Shown here one piece after another: positions 48,062 through 58,276 of a stretch of 64,000 bases of DNA. Made by a program: the position numbers and the translations under genes. Under the pieces are notes generated by a model. It did no database searches. It saw only the letters and a list, made by a program, of their open reading frames with translations, and had not been told where the DNA came from. Position 1 is the stretch's first letter; each line of letters opens with the position of its first letter. Source of the stretch: Candidatus Ratteibacteria bacterium (GTDB lineage: Bacteria; Ratteibacteria; UBA8468; B48-G9; DTJG01); the NCBI GenBank assembly GCA_041656495.1, contig JBBADJ010000002.1:1-64000 (forward strand), written 5' to 3'.

Positions 48062-49831
48062 TCATTCTTTGGCGGGTACGTCAACTTTTATACGAAGATC
48101 TCTCAGTTGCCGAAAATCTACAGAACTCGGCGCCGAGGTTAAAAGGCACACGCCTTTTTGTGTTTTGGGAAAAGCAATAACATCCCGGATAGAATCTTTC
48201 TTGCAAAGAAGCATAATAAGTCTGTCAAGCCCAAGAGCAAAACCACCATGAGGCGGCGCGCCATATTGTAATGCTTTTAAAAGAAATCCAAATTTCTCTT
48301 CTGATTCTTCCTTAGAAATATCTAAAAGAGAGAAGATCCTCTCTTGAAGAGGGCCATGATGAATCCGTATGCTTCCACCGCCAATCTCAACTCCATTCAA
48401 AACAAGATCGTATGCCTGCGCCCTTACTCTAAGAGGATCACTCTCAAGAAGAGGAATATCTTCGGGAATAGGATTGGTAAAAGGATGGTGTACCGACTGT
48501 AGAGAACCATTGTCCCGGTTCCGTTCAAAGAGAGGAAAATCCGTTACCCAACACGATTGAATCATATTGTTCTTTTCTAAAGGAAATTTCTGAAGAATAC
48601 GGCCGCGCACCTCGCCTAATGTCCTGCAAACCCACTCTCGTTCACCACCGAGAAAAAGGAGGAGGCTTCCAGGAAGAAGATTAAGAGATTTCTGAATCTT
48701 AGAGATCCATTCAGGACGCAACATTTTTTTCAACGGAGATTGTATCCCTTCCTCCCTTACCCGAATCCAACCAATTCCCTGACCTCCGGAATCTTTGACA
48801 TGCTGATGAAGAAGGTCAATCTCTTTCAAAGAAATGGGTTCTCCCCGAGGAAGTACTATCGCTCGGATTCCGCCTTGAGAAAGAAGTGACTCAATAATAT
48901 CGCTTCCAGAACCTTGACACAATGAAGAAATATCTTGCATTTCTAAAGTATAACGAAGATCGGGCTTATCGGTTCCAAAGCGTTCCATTGCTTCAGAATA
49001 GGTATACCGCGGAAAAGATATTGGATCGGTGATACCAGTAGTTGCGGCAATTGTATACTGTAGAAACCGTTCTATCAGCGACATAACATCGTCCTGTTCT
49101 ACAAAAGACATCTCTAAATCAAGCTGGGTAAATTCTGGCTGGCGGTCTGCTCTTAAATCTTCATCGCGAAAGCAACGAGCAACCTGATAGTAGCGGTCTA
49201 ATCCAGATACCATAAGAATCTGTTTGAAAAGTTGCGGCGATTGTGGAAGCGCGTAAAAAGTTCCCGGAGAAAGACGGGAAGGAACCAAAAAATCTCGGGC
49301 ACCTTCCGGAGTGCTACGGGTAAGCATCGGAGTTTCAACCTCTATAAACTTTTCCTGAAAGAAAAATTCGCGGAGAGTGTGAAGAAAAAGGTTTCTAAAA
49401 AGAAGGGTTTCTTTCAGAGAGTCTCCACGTATATCAAGGTAGCGGTATGTCAACCTTGTCGCATCACCAACCTCACTGCTTTCTCCGATTTCAAAGGGAA
49501 GAGGTTGAGTGGTGGATAAAATGGTAAGAGAAGAGAGTTTGACCTCAATCTCTCCTGTAGAAAGTTTCGGGTTTACTGTCTCTTGAGAACGGAGAAAGAC
49601 AGTACCGGTAAGTTGAAGAACTGTCTCGGGTTTTACTTCTTTAAGAATGTCAAGAAGATCCTGAGACAATTCAGGAAGAGAACATACCACCTGAGTAAAG
49701 CCATATTGATCGCGAAGATCAAGAAACTGAATGTTGCCGTGGTCCCTGATACGCGCCACCCATCCGGCAAGTGTTACCTCTATTGTTTCATGAGAACGGT
49801 TCAATTCTCCGCATGTGTGCGTCCTATACAT
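48062..49831 (-). CDS. aspS: Aspartate--tRNA ligase
   Basis: 589 aa with an N-terminal OB anticodon-binding domain (FLDLRDQYG) and class II motifs (FRDEDLRADRQPEFTQLD, GGSIRIH, GLDRL). Confidence 0.9.
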   Translation of the reverse strand: MYRTHTCGELNRSHETIEVTLAGWVARIRDHGNIQFLDLRDQYGFTQVVCSLPELSQDLLDILKEVKPETVLQLTGTVFLRSQETVNPKLSTGEIEVKLSSLTILSTTQPLPFEIGESSEVGDATRLTYRYLDIRGDSLKETLLFRNLFLHTLREFFFQEKFIEVETPMLTRSTPEGARDFLVPSRLSPGTFYALPQSPQLFKQILMVSGLDRYYQVARCFRDEDLRADRQPEFTQLDLEMSFVEQDDVMSLIERFLQYTIAATTGITDPISFPRYTYSEAMERFGTDKPDLRYTLEMQDISSLCQGSGSDIIESLLSQGGIRAIVLPRGEPISLKEIDLLHQHVKDSGGQGIGWIRVREEGIQSPLKKMLRPEWISKIQKSLNLLPGSLLLFLGGEREWVCRTLGEVRGRILQKFPLEKNNMIQSCWVTDFPLFERNRDNGSLQSVHHPFTNPIPEDIPLLESDPLRVRAQAYDLVLNGVEIGGGSIRIHHGPLQERIFSLLDISKEESEEKFGFLLKALQYGAPPHGGFALGLDRLIMLLCKKDSIRDVIAFPKTQKGVCLLTSAPSSVDFRQLRDLRIKVDVPAKE

Positions 49832-51075
49832 GCTAAATGCTCCTTCAGGTAATGAGAAAGTACGGTGAAAGCAACCTGTTCCTGCGTTCCTGCAGTCATA
49901 TTCCGTACTGTTGCCGATTGTGAAGAAAGTTCGTTCTCGCCAATAATAACCACAAGACCGACAGATTCGCGAGATGCTGATTTTAATGAGTTTTTCAAAC
50001 TCTCCGCATCATAATCAACAACAAGGTTCACTCCTTCCTTTCGCAACCGTACCACAAGATCGCATCCAGCATTACAGGCATTTTCTCCAAGAAAAATGAT
50101 ACGGACAGGCGAAGGTTCCAGAGAAGGATCCGGCAGTGCGGCGCATACCCGATCCATGCCAATGGCAAAGCCAATCGCAGAGGTCTCGGGTCCGCCGAGG
50201 TTAGCCACTAAATTATCATAACGACCGCCACCGCACAGCGCGTTGGGATCGTCTTGAGCGAGAAATTCAAAGACAGTTTTCGTATAATAGTCAAGACCGC
50301 GAACAAGAGAGCTATCTTCATAAAATGGAATATTCAATTTAGAGAGTTGTTTTACGACCTCTGCATGATGAGACGCGCAGGAATCACATAAAAAAGCGGA
50401 AAATAACGGAGCGTCTCTTAGTTCTTGCCGACAGGAAGGTACCTTGCAATCAAGAACGCGAAGAATATTCTGGTTCATCCTCTGGAGACAGTCAGGACAA
50501 AAGTTGGTGCGCCGAGAATGAAGGAAAGATTTCAGTTCAACCGCAAAGCTTGTTTTGCAAAGAGAACAGCCTACAGAATTCAATGCCACCTGAACAGGAG
50601 GCATTCCTATAGCGGAAAAGATCTCATACGCAAGCATAATAATCTCCGCGTCATACCGAGGGCTCTTTCCTCCAAAGAGTTCTACTCCGATTTGATAGAA
50701 CTGACGGTATCTACCCTTTTGGGGTCTGTCATACCGAAACATAGGGCCAACATAGTATAGACGAGTTACTTTTCTTGTAAGAAAAAGACGATGTTCTATG
50801 AATGCGCGGACCACAGAAGCGGTTGCCTCGGGACGAAGAGAAAGAGTACGGCCCTTTTTATCCTGAAAAACATACATTTCTTTCTGGACAATATCGGTAA
50901 AATTTCCAACGCTTCTGCGAAAGAGAGAGAGTTCTTCCATAAGGGGAAGACGGATCTCGCCAAATCCGTATCGTACAAAAAGTTCTCTTGCCGCATCTTC
51001 AACAATACGCCATTTCAGGGATTCTTCAGGAAGGATGTCCCTTACGCCCCGGATAGCACGAACCTCTTCATTCAT
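49801..51075 (-). CDS. hisS: Histidine--tRNA ligase
   Basis: Class II motifs (YYVGPMFRYDRPQKGRYRQFYQ, GGGRYD) and a C-terminal anticodon-binding domain. The start was taken at MNEEVRAIRGVRD, preceded by a GGGAG SD. Confidence 0.85.
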   Translation of the reverse strand: MNEEVRAIRGVRDILPEESLKWRIVEDAARELFVRYGFGEIRLPLMEELSLFRRSVGNFTDIVQKEMYVFQDKKGRTLSLRPEATASVVRAFIEHRLFLTRKVTRLYYVGPMFRYDRPQKGRYRQFYQIGVELFGGKSPRYDAEIIMLAYEIFSAIGMPPVQVALNSVGCSLCKTSFAVELKSFLHSRRTNFCPDCLQRMNQNILRVLDCKVPSCRQELRDAPLFSAFLCDSCASHHAEVVKQLSKLNIPFYEDSSLVRGLDYYTKTVFEFLAQDDPNALCGGGRYDNLVANLGGPETSAIGFAIGMDRVCAALPDPSLEPSPVRIIFLGENACNAGCDLVVRLRKEGVNLVVDYDAESLKNSLKSASRESVGLVVIIGENELSSQSATVRNMTAGTQEQVAFTVLSHYLKEHLACIGRTHAEN

Positions 51076-51269
51076 CGTCTCACTCCCTACAGAATTTCTA
51101 GGCTCTCTTTTTACAGAGAGTAAGGTAAAATAGTAATTGTATACTGTTTCAACGGTACGGTCAATGAAAAATTGACCTCTATCCGTGAATTCTTTACAAT
51201 AAGCGAACATAAGAAAGCCGAACCAACCCTTACAATAGTAGGGACTCTCTACTTGCCACAGGAACTTGT

Positions 51270-52154
51270 ATGAATAAAAGGCGCGATAATTCCTATATCA
51301 TACTCTATGTAATCCTCTTTGGAGTGCTTCAACTTACCTCCCGCACTCCTCTCTTTCTGTATAAACCTATCTCTAAAATACTTGCGCGGTTACTTGAAAA
51401 TCTTCTTCCTAAATTTAAGAAAATGGTTGTAAAGAATTTTGCGCGGGCATTTCCGGAACTTACCGCCACACAACAGCAACAACTATTGCATAAAACCTTT
51501 TCCACCATTATATTCAACGCACTCCTGCTCGGGAAATGGTATCGGCTCCCGAAAGAAAAAGTAGAACGATTTATTATATGCGACGGAAAGGAAATTTTAG
51601 ATAAATACACTGGAAAACCTCTTGTGGCAATCTCCGCGCACCTTGGAAACTTTCCACTCTATACCACCTATCTTCAATGGCAAGGATACCCTCTTCGCTA
51701 TTTGGGAAGACATGCCAATAACCCTTATGTCAATAGGATGCTTTCCCGAATGCTTTCACAGAAAAAAATCTTTTTTTTTGATAAGAAAAATCTTCGCAAC
51801 GCACTTAGAAAAGCAAATCAATGGCTTGCAGAAGGAAAGATTCTTTGTCTTCACAGCGACCAATATTCAGGAGAAGGCGTTAAGGTAAATGTCTTTGGAA
51901 ACAGAGTGTTCGCTCCTACCGGCGCCGCAGTATTCGCAAGAAAATATCGTTGTCCTGTGATTGGGATATTTATTGAAAAAAAAGGAAGGTATCAACATAT
52001 AATAAGAATAGAGGGACCCTACCCTCTCCAATACAGTGAGAATCAAGAAGAGGATATTCAGAATCATACACAGTTCTTCTTTGACCGTTTTGTTGAATAT
52101 ATTAGAAAAAGTCCGGAAGAATGGTTTACATGGACCACCAGAATTTTCCGATAA
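51270..52154 (+). CDS. LpxL/HtrB-family (lipid A late) acyltransferase-like protein
   Basis: N-terminal TM, LABLAT-family layout, HLGNFP in place of the canonical Hx4(D/E) box. Confidence 0.55.
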   Translation: MNKRRDNSYIILYVILFGVLQLTSRTPLFLYKPISKILARLLENLLPKFKKMVVKNFARAFPELTATQQQQLLHKTFSTIIFNALLLGKWYRLPKEKVERFIICDGKEILDKYTGKPLVAISAHLGNFPLYTTYLQWQGYPLRYLGRHANNPYVNRMLSRMLSQKKIFFFDKKNLRNALRKANQWLAEGKILCLHSDQYSGEGVKVNVFGNRVFAPTGAAVFARKYRCPVIGIFIEKKGRYQHIIRIEGPYPLQYSENQEEDIQNHTQFFFDRFVEYIRKSPEEWFTWTTRIFR

Positions 52155-52229
52155 AAGCGGGCAACCTTCTCTACTACCCTATCTTTCCTGTCAAGAGAAT
52201 CTTGCAATAACCGCCAACATTCTGCGGTA

Positions 52230-54599
52230 TCAGGAATCGGAAATAGCACCCTCTGTTTCTGTATGACGCTTTAAGGCGCGCGCTTCATCAAAAAATTCTT
52301 CAAGATCCATCTCTTTGATAAAGTTAAGACCCCGACAAGCGCGAAGCCAGGGAATAGGGTTCGCGTAAAAAAAGTCTCGTCCAAGACAGGTCTTAAGAGT
52401 CGCATACTGTTCTACCATAATTTTCTGTGTAAGATCAGAGAAAGGACCGTCGTATTCATGACTTGGAAAGGATGCACTCCTTTGAGAACCAAAACAGGTA
52501 AGAAAAGCCGCTCTAAGAATTGCAAGAGAATTCATTGATACGGGAATGTAGATATTGGCTTCTGCCGGGTGGAATCGGTACCAAACATTTCTATATCCCC
52601 ATATCTTGAGATTCTTCTTTTCAGGATGGGCGTTACTATAAGCGCGAAGCGCTTCTGCGGTTGCCTGAAGAACTTTATAGTGAGTGTCGGGACCGCTTCC
52701 TTCCGGATCAAGCGCCACAGTAACAATATCAGGGTTAAGCTGTTCCAACAAGGAAAGAACCGGCAGAACGTCTCTGTCCCATTCTGGCGGCGGAGTAAAA
52801 ATATCTCCAGTATAAAATCCAAGACGAAGGTGAAAAATATGGTTGCAGTCAAAACCAAGATGAGCCCAAAGAAGTTCTTCTTCCCATTCTCTAATCATAC
52901 CTTTTAATTTCTGAACCTCGGGCGAATCCTTCCTTCCCGGATATGAACGCGCAAAATATTCTAAAAGTGACAGGACCTCTTTCTTAATTGACGGCGTAAA
53001 AGAAAGATCAAAAAGTTCCAAGAGATTCCTTAGCATCCTCCTTGATTCCGCTTCTTCGCAAGTCTCCTGACTTCCTGCGGCAATGCCATCAAGATAAAGG
53101 TATACATCGCGGTTTTTCAGTACTGGATCTCCTGCGGCGAAATAGTTCTGTTCCGCCAGTTCCGCACAGATAGAAGTATCAAGAAATTGTAAGGTTTTTG
53201 TAAGACGGGTTGCGGTATAAGAATTGGTTACAGAGGTAAATCCGCTTGTAAAAGTTGCGAAATAATGGGTGTTTTGCGGGTTCCTTACAAGATGAACCAC
53301 CGCGGGAAAATATCCTAACATAATGTCGTCGTGATGAGGACCTGTATGTAAAAAAATTCTTCCGCCGCTATTTTCTACACCTCGGCCTATCCGATGTTTG
53401 AATGTGGTTGTAAGTTTTTCTGTATGAGAAGAGACAGGTCCAAAACGAGAAAGAAAATATCTGCCACTATCACATAAGGAGAGATCATTGTCAGAAAGGT
53501 CCATTAATCTTTTGTTGGAAACACACGCAATATCGGTAAGAATCCGTTCCACGGTCTCTGATTCTTTCATGCTGTCAAAACGGAAAGAAGATCGTTGTGA
53601 AAGAAGTCGCGCCGCACCACGGGTTATATAAAAACGGGAAGCGGGAAGAGATTGTAAAGAAGTAGCAGGATAGAGCGTAGAAGGTGCTTCTTCTATTGCA
53701 TTACGAACGACCTCTGCTTTGCTCTCGCCGGCCGCGATAATAAGCGCGGTTGTTGAAATATTACGGGTAATGGTGGAAAGACCTATTGTCATAACAATTT
53801 TTTGACGGGAAATCTCCATACCTCCGAGATCAGTGGCGGCCGCGGCAGCAGTTTCATAGTTCACAGGAGTAATACGGGTAGTGCTGAAATGGTCGGAACC
53901 ACGAATGTTAAAACCAATATGTCCGTCAGGACCAATACCACCAAGAAAAAATCCAATACCGCCAAAAGAGATAATACGCTCCTCATACTCCATCGCGGCC
54001 TGGTTCGCCACTGTAATAGCAGAAAAACGGAGGCGTTCTTTATCATTTTTAGGGCTCCGATGACATAAAGAAATATCTACAGGGTCATCCCCAAAGACCT
54101 CTAAAAGCGTCATTCCTTTCGGAACGCCGACCGTCCATGTATCCATTAAAAGTGCGCGGGCACGGTCAAAACCAAATCCTTCAAGGTAAAAACGTTTAAT
54201 GTAGTGAGAAAAACTGTTTTCATGCTCAGGGTTCATTGGATAAAATTCGTCTATCTGAACAAAACGGTAGGAACGCATATCAGGCTTGAGAAGAGGGTCT
54301 ATCCCCCAGGAAGCAAGGTCTTCAGAGGTCTCCTTCTCTTCCCATCTCCGCAAGTACCGAAGAAACCATCCGATAAAATGTTCCGGAGTTTTCCCTGTAG
54401 GAAGCGCCGCCACTCCCTCGGGGTTTCGTTGGAGCCATTCAATAAAACGGAGAGCGGCAAATTTTCCCAGTAATGGAAAGTCTGGCACTTCAAAGGTTTT
54501 GATCCGTTCCTTATCGCCATGAAAGGTATGGTAGCGGTCGGAAAAAACCTTTTCAACCAATGAGGTGGTATCATATTGTCTCATATCTGTTTCCATCAT
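52230..54599 (-). CDS. nagB: Long-form glucosamine-6-phosphate deaminase: NagB domain fused to a C-terminal LmbE/PIG-L-like domain
   Basis: Residues 1-330 match NagB (ALPTGKTPEHF, IDEFYPM, GGIGPDGHIGFN). Residues 400-789 contain a GPHHDDIMLGY motif resembling the HPDDE box of LmbE-type deacetylases. Confidence 0.65.
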   Translation of the reverse strand: MMETDMRQYDTTSLVEKVFSDRYHTFHGDKERIKTFEVPDFPLLGKFAALRFIEWLQRNPEGVAALPTGKTPEHFIGWFLRYLRRWEEKETSEDLASWGIDPLLKPDMRSYRFVQIDEFYPMNPEHENSFSHYIKRFYLEGFGFDRARALLMDTWTVGVPKGMTLLEVFGDDPVDISLCHRSPKNDKERLRFSAITVANQAAMEYEERIISFGGIGFFLGGIGPDGHIGFNIRGSDHFSTTRITPVNYETAAAAATDLGGMEISRQKIVMTIGLSTITRNISTTALIIAAGESKAEVVRNAIEEAPSTLYPATSLQSLPASRFYITRGAARLLSQRSSFRFDSMKESETVERILTDIACVSNKRLMDLSDNDLSLCDSGRYFLSRFGPVSSHTEKLTTTFKHRIGRGVENSGGRIFLHTGPHHDDIMLGYFPAVVHLVRNPQNTHYFATFTSGFTSVTNSYTATRLTKTLQFLDTSICAELAEQNYFAAGDPVLKNRDVYLYLDGIAAGSQETCEEAESRRMLRNLLELFDLSFTPSIKKEVLSLLEYFARSYPGRKDSPEVQKLKGMIREWEEELLWAHLGFDCNHIFHLRLGFYTGDIFTPPPEWDRDVLPVLSLLEQLNPDIVTVALDPEGSGPDTHYKVLQATAEALRAYSNAHPEKKNLKIWGYRNVWYRFHPAEANIYIPVSMNSLAILRAAFLTCFGSQRSASFPSHEYDGPFSDLTQKIMVEQYATLKTCLGRDFFYANPIPWLRACRGLNFIKEMDLEEFFDEARALKRHTETEGAISDS

Positions 54600-54602
54600 A
54601 TC

Positions 54603-55580
54603 TTATATCTCCGGAACCACGACTCTTCCTTCGTCCCAAGAACGCTGTGCGGCAAAGGTTATCGCAAGAGTTTTTACCGCATCCGCATAGGGAGATTTTG
54701 GAAGTGAGGGATCCTTCTTCGCCACTGCTTCAAGAAATATTTTGTTCTCATTCACTCCAATCTCTGAAGCAGAGGTCCAGATCTCTTGTTTTTGTCCCTC
54801 GGAAATTTCAAGTCTATTGCCAAAAAGAGAAAGAAGAAAATTCTTTCCAACAATATCTATGCCGCTCTGGTATCCGGAAGAAAGCCAAGTGCATGAAAGC
54901 GCGCCAAGTGCGCCGCTAGCAAAGGTAAAGGAGGATACAGAAAGGTCTTCAACATCGTATCCAGGATAAAAACGGGCATTCACACCCGCAAACTTCAGGC
55001 TGAATACAGAAACAATTTCACCGGATAAATAACGCATCATATCTACAATATGGGTTGCCTGCTCTACCAGTTGACCTCCGCTCATCGCGCGTGTAATAAG
55101 CCACTTTTTCTTTCCTTCCGAAGGAACACCGCCAAAGTACCGGCCCTGTACAAGCCCAATGGTTTTATCGGATAAAAATCTTCTTGCCTTCTCTACAATA
55201 TCATAGTAGCGAAGAACATACCCTGTGGATGTTACTAAATTTTTTTCTTTGACCTTTTCTGAAATCTCCTGTGCTTTCTCTAAATCAAGATGAACAGGTT
55301 TTTCTACAAAAAAGGGAATATTTCTTTGGATACATTCAAGTTCCTGGCCCTCATGCGCAAAGGGAGGAATACAGATATAACAAGCATCTGGCTTTGCTTC
55401 ATCTAACATAATACGATAATCAGAATATGAGGTTGCGCCCTCTTCAGAAGCCACCTTTTCCGCCTGCGCGCTATCTACATCAAAAATTCCGACAATTTCT
55501 GCATCGTCAATCTTTGAAAGGCTTGCCCGGTGAGACCCCGCAATGCCTCCCGCACCAATAAAACAGATCCGTATTGACAT
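54603..55580 (-). CDS. Gfo/Idh/MocA-family NAD(P)-dependent oxidoreductase
   Basis: N-terminal ICFIGAGGIAGSH Rossmann motif and a family-typical C-terminal alpha/beta domain. Confidence 0.8.
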   Translation of the reverse strand: MSIRICFIGAGGIAGSHRASLSKIDDAEIVGIFDVDSAQAEKVASEEGATSYSDYRIMLDEAKPDACYICIPPFAHEGQELECIQRNIPFFVEKPVHLDLEKAQEISEKVKEKNLVTSTGYVLRYYDIVEKARRFLSDKTIGLVQGRYFGGVPSEGKKKWLITRAMSGGQLVEQATHIVDMMRYLSGEIVSVFSLKFAGVNARFYPGYDVEDLSVSSFTFASGALGALSCTWLSSGYQSGIDIVGKNFLLSLFGNRLEISEGQKQEIWTSASEIGVNENKIFLEAVAKKDPSLPKSPYADAVKTLAITFAAQRSWDEGRVVVPEI

Positions 55581-55818
55581 AGATAGCCTCCGTATGAAAA
55601 AAAAAGAAAAATACTCTGGTTCAATGTATCACTTCACTGTAGTAGTGTCAAAAAATAGGAAAAATTCCTTGCGAAAAAGATCGCAATAGAGAATGAAAAG
55701 CAGGTTTCTGCACTTTTTTTTCAAGTTTGTCCCGTAATGTAAAAAACTCTTTTTTTACAGAAAAGCATCATGCAAGAAAAATATTCGCACCAAAGTAACT
55801 CTCCGAGAATATGGTACA

Positions 55819-56607
55819 ATGGTGAGTATGAAAGATATTCTTCTTCTCGGTATTATACAGGGAATAACGGAATTCCTTCCTGTAAGTAGTTCTGGCCATC
55901 TGACGCTCTTCTTTAGAATATTAGGGACAGAATTTAACCTTCCCCTCACTGTCGCCGCGCATGCCGGAACGTTAATCGCGCTTATTCTTTACTTTCGGAA
56001 ACGGATCACTTCTATAATCGCACCTATCCTTTCTCCTGCTCCACAGTATGAAAAAAAAGAAGCGATCTATGCATGCACGCTTATTCTGATTGGATCTATT
56101 CCCGCTATCATTGCGGGAATTCTTCTTGAAAAGAAGATCTCCGCACTGTCAAAACCATTCTTCCTTGGAATCTTCTGGATACTCAATGGAAGCATTCTTA
56201 TATTAGGAGAAGAGCGTGCACGAAAGGTTGCTCGTCGTGAAAATAATAAAAAAACCGCTCTCGCTACCGGTATTATGCAGGCATTTGCAATTGTACCGGG
56301 ATTGTCACGAGCAGGGTTAACCATTACTGCCGGCCGCAATGGCGGCCTTTCAGAAGAAGAGTCCTTTGAATTCTCTTTTCTGTTGGGAATTGTCATTATT
56401 GCGGGAAGTTTTGTATACGAACTTATACAACATCCCTGTATACTCAGTAAAGAAAGCTTCGCTATCGCCGCAATCAGCGGATTTACCGGATACGGAGCAC
56501 TTCATCTCTTATGGAAAGTTTTTCAAAAAGGATACCTTCAATGGTTCGGAGTCTATACGGCAATCCTTGGGGTTGCTACACTTCTTCTTACAGGAAAATT
56601 CTTATGA
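55819..56607 (+). CDS. uppP: Undecaprenyl-diphosphatase
   Basis: GITEFLPVSSSGHL and LSRAG motifs. A TGGTACAAT extended -10-like element overlaps the first ATG, so the true start may be the Met at 55828. Confidence 0.85.
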   Translation: MVSMKDILLLGIIQGITEFLPVSSSGHLTLFFRILGTEFNLPLTVAAHAGTLIALILYFRKRITSIIAPILSPAPQYEKKEAIYACTLILIGSIPAIIAGILLEKKISALSKPFFLGIFWILNGSILILGEERARKVARRENNKKTALATGIMQAFAIVPGLSRAGLTITAGRNGGLSEEESFEFSFLLGIVIIAGSFVYELIQHPCILSKESFAIAAISGFTGYGALHLLWKVFQKGYLQWFGVYTAILGVATLLLTGKFL

Positions 56608-57371
56608 TACATACAACTCTTTCTTTGATAGAGAAAGAAGCTATGGGAGAAGGTTTTTATCTCTTTGAAACTACCAATCCTTTTCAAAGAAAAGCACCAC
56701 AACCAGGACAGTTCCTTCATATAAAAATTGAAGGAACCCTTCTAAGAAGACCTATTTCACTTGCAGGCGCCACAGAAGAACGATTGCGGCTCTTCTTTGC
56801 GGTTAAGGGAAAAGGAACCTCACTGTTAGCACAGACAAAACAGGGAGATACTCTGGATGTTATCGGACCATTAGGAAGGCCTTTTTCTTTCTATGATTAT
56901 GATAATATTCTTCTCGCCGCAGGAGGCGTCGGTATCGGACCGATCCTTTTTCTTGCGGAAACAGCCCTAAAACAGAAGAAAAAATTTACCCTTCTTTATG
57001 GTGCAAAAAAATCGTCCGAACTCTTCCAAAAGATTCTTCCAGAAGGGAAGTATGAAAAAATTCTCTGTACAGACGATGGAAGCACAGGAAAAAAAGGAAC
57101 GGTTCCGTACCTTATCTCCCTTTATAGTGCGGATAAACCATATACCGCAATCTATGCTTCTGGTCCGTACTTTATGTTAAAAGAGATTGCCGACCTCTCG
57201 TTAAAGACCGGTATTCCCGCTTATGTAGCACTTGAAACACGGATGTTCTGCGGAATGGGAGTATGTCAAGGATGTGTTGTTGCCAGCAACGATGGCTACC
57301 AACGAGTATGTAAAGACGGACCTGTCTTTCCTGTCTCAGCCCTATCTTGGCCGGAGGATCCATGGATCTAA
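56604..57371 (+). CDS. pyrK: Dihydroorotate dehydrogenase electron-transfer subunit
   Basis: FAD/NAD-binding fold and a C-terminal 2Fe-2S Cys cluster CGMGVCQGC. The start ATG overlaps the uppP stop (ATGA). Confidence 0.8.
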   Translation: MIHTTLSLIEKEAMGEGFYLFETTNPFQRKAPQPGQFLHIKIEGTLLRRPISLAGATEERLRLFFAVKGKGTSLLAQTKQGDTLDVIGPLGRPFSFYDYDNILLAAGGVGIGPILFLAETALKQKKKFTLLYGAKKSSELFQKILPEGKYEKILCTDDGSTGKKGTVPYLISLYSADKPYTAIYASGPYFMLKEIADLSLKTGIPAYVALETRMFCGMGVCQGCVVASNDGYQRVCKDGPVFPVSALSWPEDPWI

Positions 57372-58276
57372 CCACAATGCTTGGAAAAATTGAAATGGCT
57401 ACGCCTGTGCTTCCCGCAAGCGGAACATTCGGATATGGAAACGAACTTGTTGAGGTTATCCCTTACTCTATGCTCGGAGCAATCGTAACGAAAACTCTTA
57501 CGTGGCACCCGCGACAAGGAAATCCGCCCGGAAGAATAACAGAGTGCGGCGATACCCTCATCAATTCTATCGGACTGCAAAATATTGGAGTAAAAGAGTT
57601 TTGCGAAGAAGCGCTTCCTAAAATAGTTCGTCTTCAAAAACCAATTATCGCAAGTGTCGGAGGAGATGATCCCGACGGAATGTTAAAGACCGTTGAGTAC
57701 CTTAATACAGAAGAAATAACCGCCATTGAGCTTAACCTTTCCTGTCCTAATCTTGGAACAACACGGCTTGTGGCGCAAGATCCCGAAGCTATAAAAAAAA
57801 GTGTCGCAAACGCAAGAAGCCTTACTCTAAAACCCTTGATTGCAAAATTAACCCCCCATGTGGCAGATATCGCAGAAACCGGTCTCGCCGCAGAAGAAGC
57901 AGGTGCGAATATTCTCTGTGCGGGAAATACATTTAAGGGAATTGTCTTTGACTGGAAGAAAGAAACCCTTCTTGCCGGAGGAGTATCGGGAAAAGGAATT
58001 TTTCCTTTAGCACTGCGAACTGTCTATGACCTCTACCAGGCTGTAACAATTCCAATTATTGGGATGGGCGGCATATCAGAAGCATCCGATGCGCTTGCAA
58101 TGATTCTTTTAGGCGCAACCGCAATAGGAATCGGAACAACCATGCTTATAGATCCTAACCTTCCGGAAAAAGTTTGTCAGGTAATCTCTGAATATATGAA
58201 AAAAAAGTCTATTACCCGTATCAATGACCTTGTCGGAATAAAAAATGGAAAAAAGAACTATTCCGGCTCCTATTAA
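57362..58276 (+). CDS. pyrD: Dihydroorotate dehydrogenase (class 1B catalytic subunit)
   Basis: TIM-barrel DHOD motifs (NLSCPN, GMGGIS). The start was taken at MDLTTMLG. Confidence 0.85.
   Translation: MDLTTMLGKIEMATPVLPASGTFGYGNELVEVIPYSMLGAIVTKTLTWHPRQGNPPGRITECGDTLINSIGLQNIGVKEFCEEALPKIVRLQKPIIASVGGDDPDGMLKTVEYLNTEEITAIELNLSCPNLGTTRLVAQDPEAIKKSVANARSLTLKPLIAKLTPHVADIAETGLAAEEAGANILCAGNTFKGIVFDWKKETLLAGGVSGKGIFPLALRTVYDLYQAVTIPIIGMGGISEASDALAMILLGATAIGIGTTMLIDPNLPEKVCQVISEYMKKKSITRINDLVGIKNGKKNYSGSY

Noticed and set aside
55581-55818. Possible oriC in the divergent intergenic region
   Set aside because: At 238 bp it is too short, and no DnaA-box repeats or dnaA gene are nearby. Only the strand-bias switch is noted.
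56511-57371. Upstream-extended version of pyrK (286 aa) overlapping uppP by about 95 bp
   Set aside because: The homologous PyrK sequence begins at the Met at 56604, which forms an ATGA overlap with the uppP stop. The extension has no PyrK similarity.
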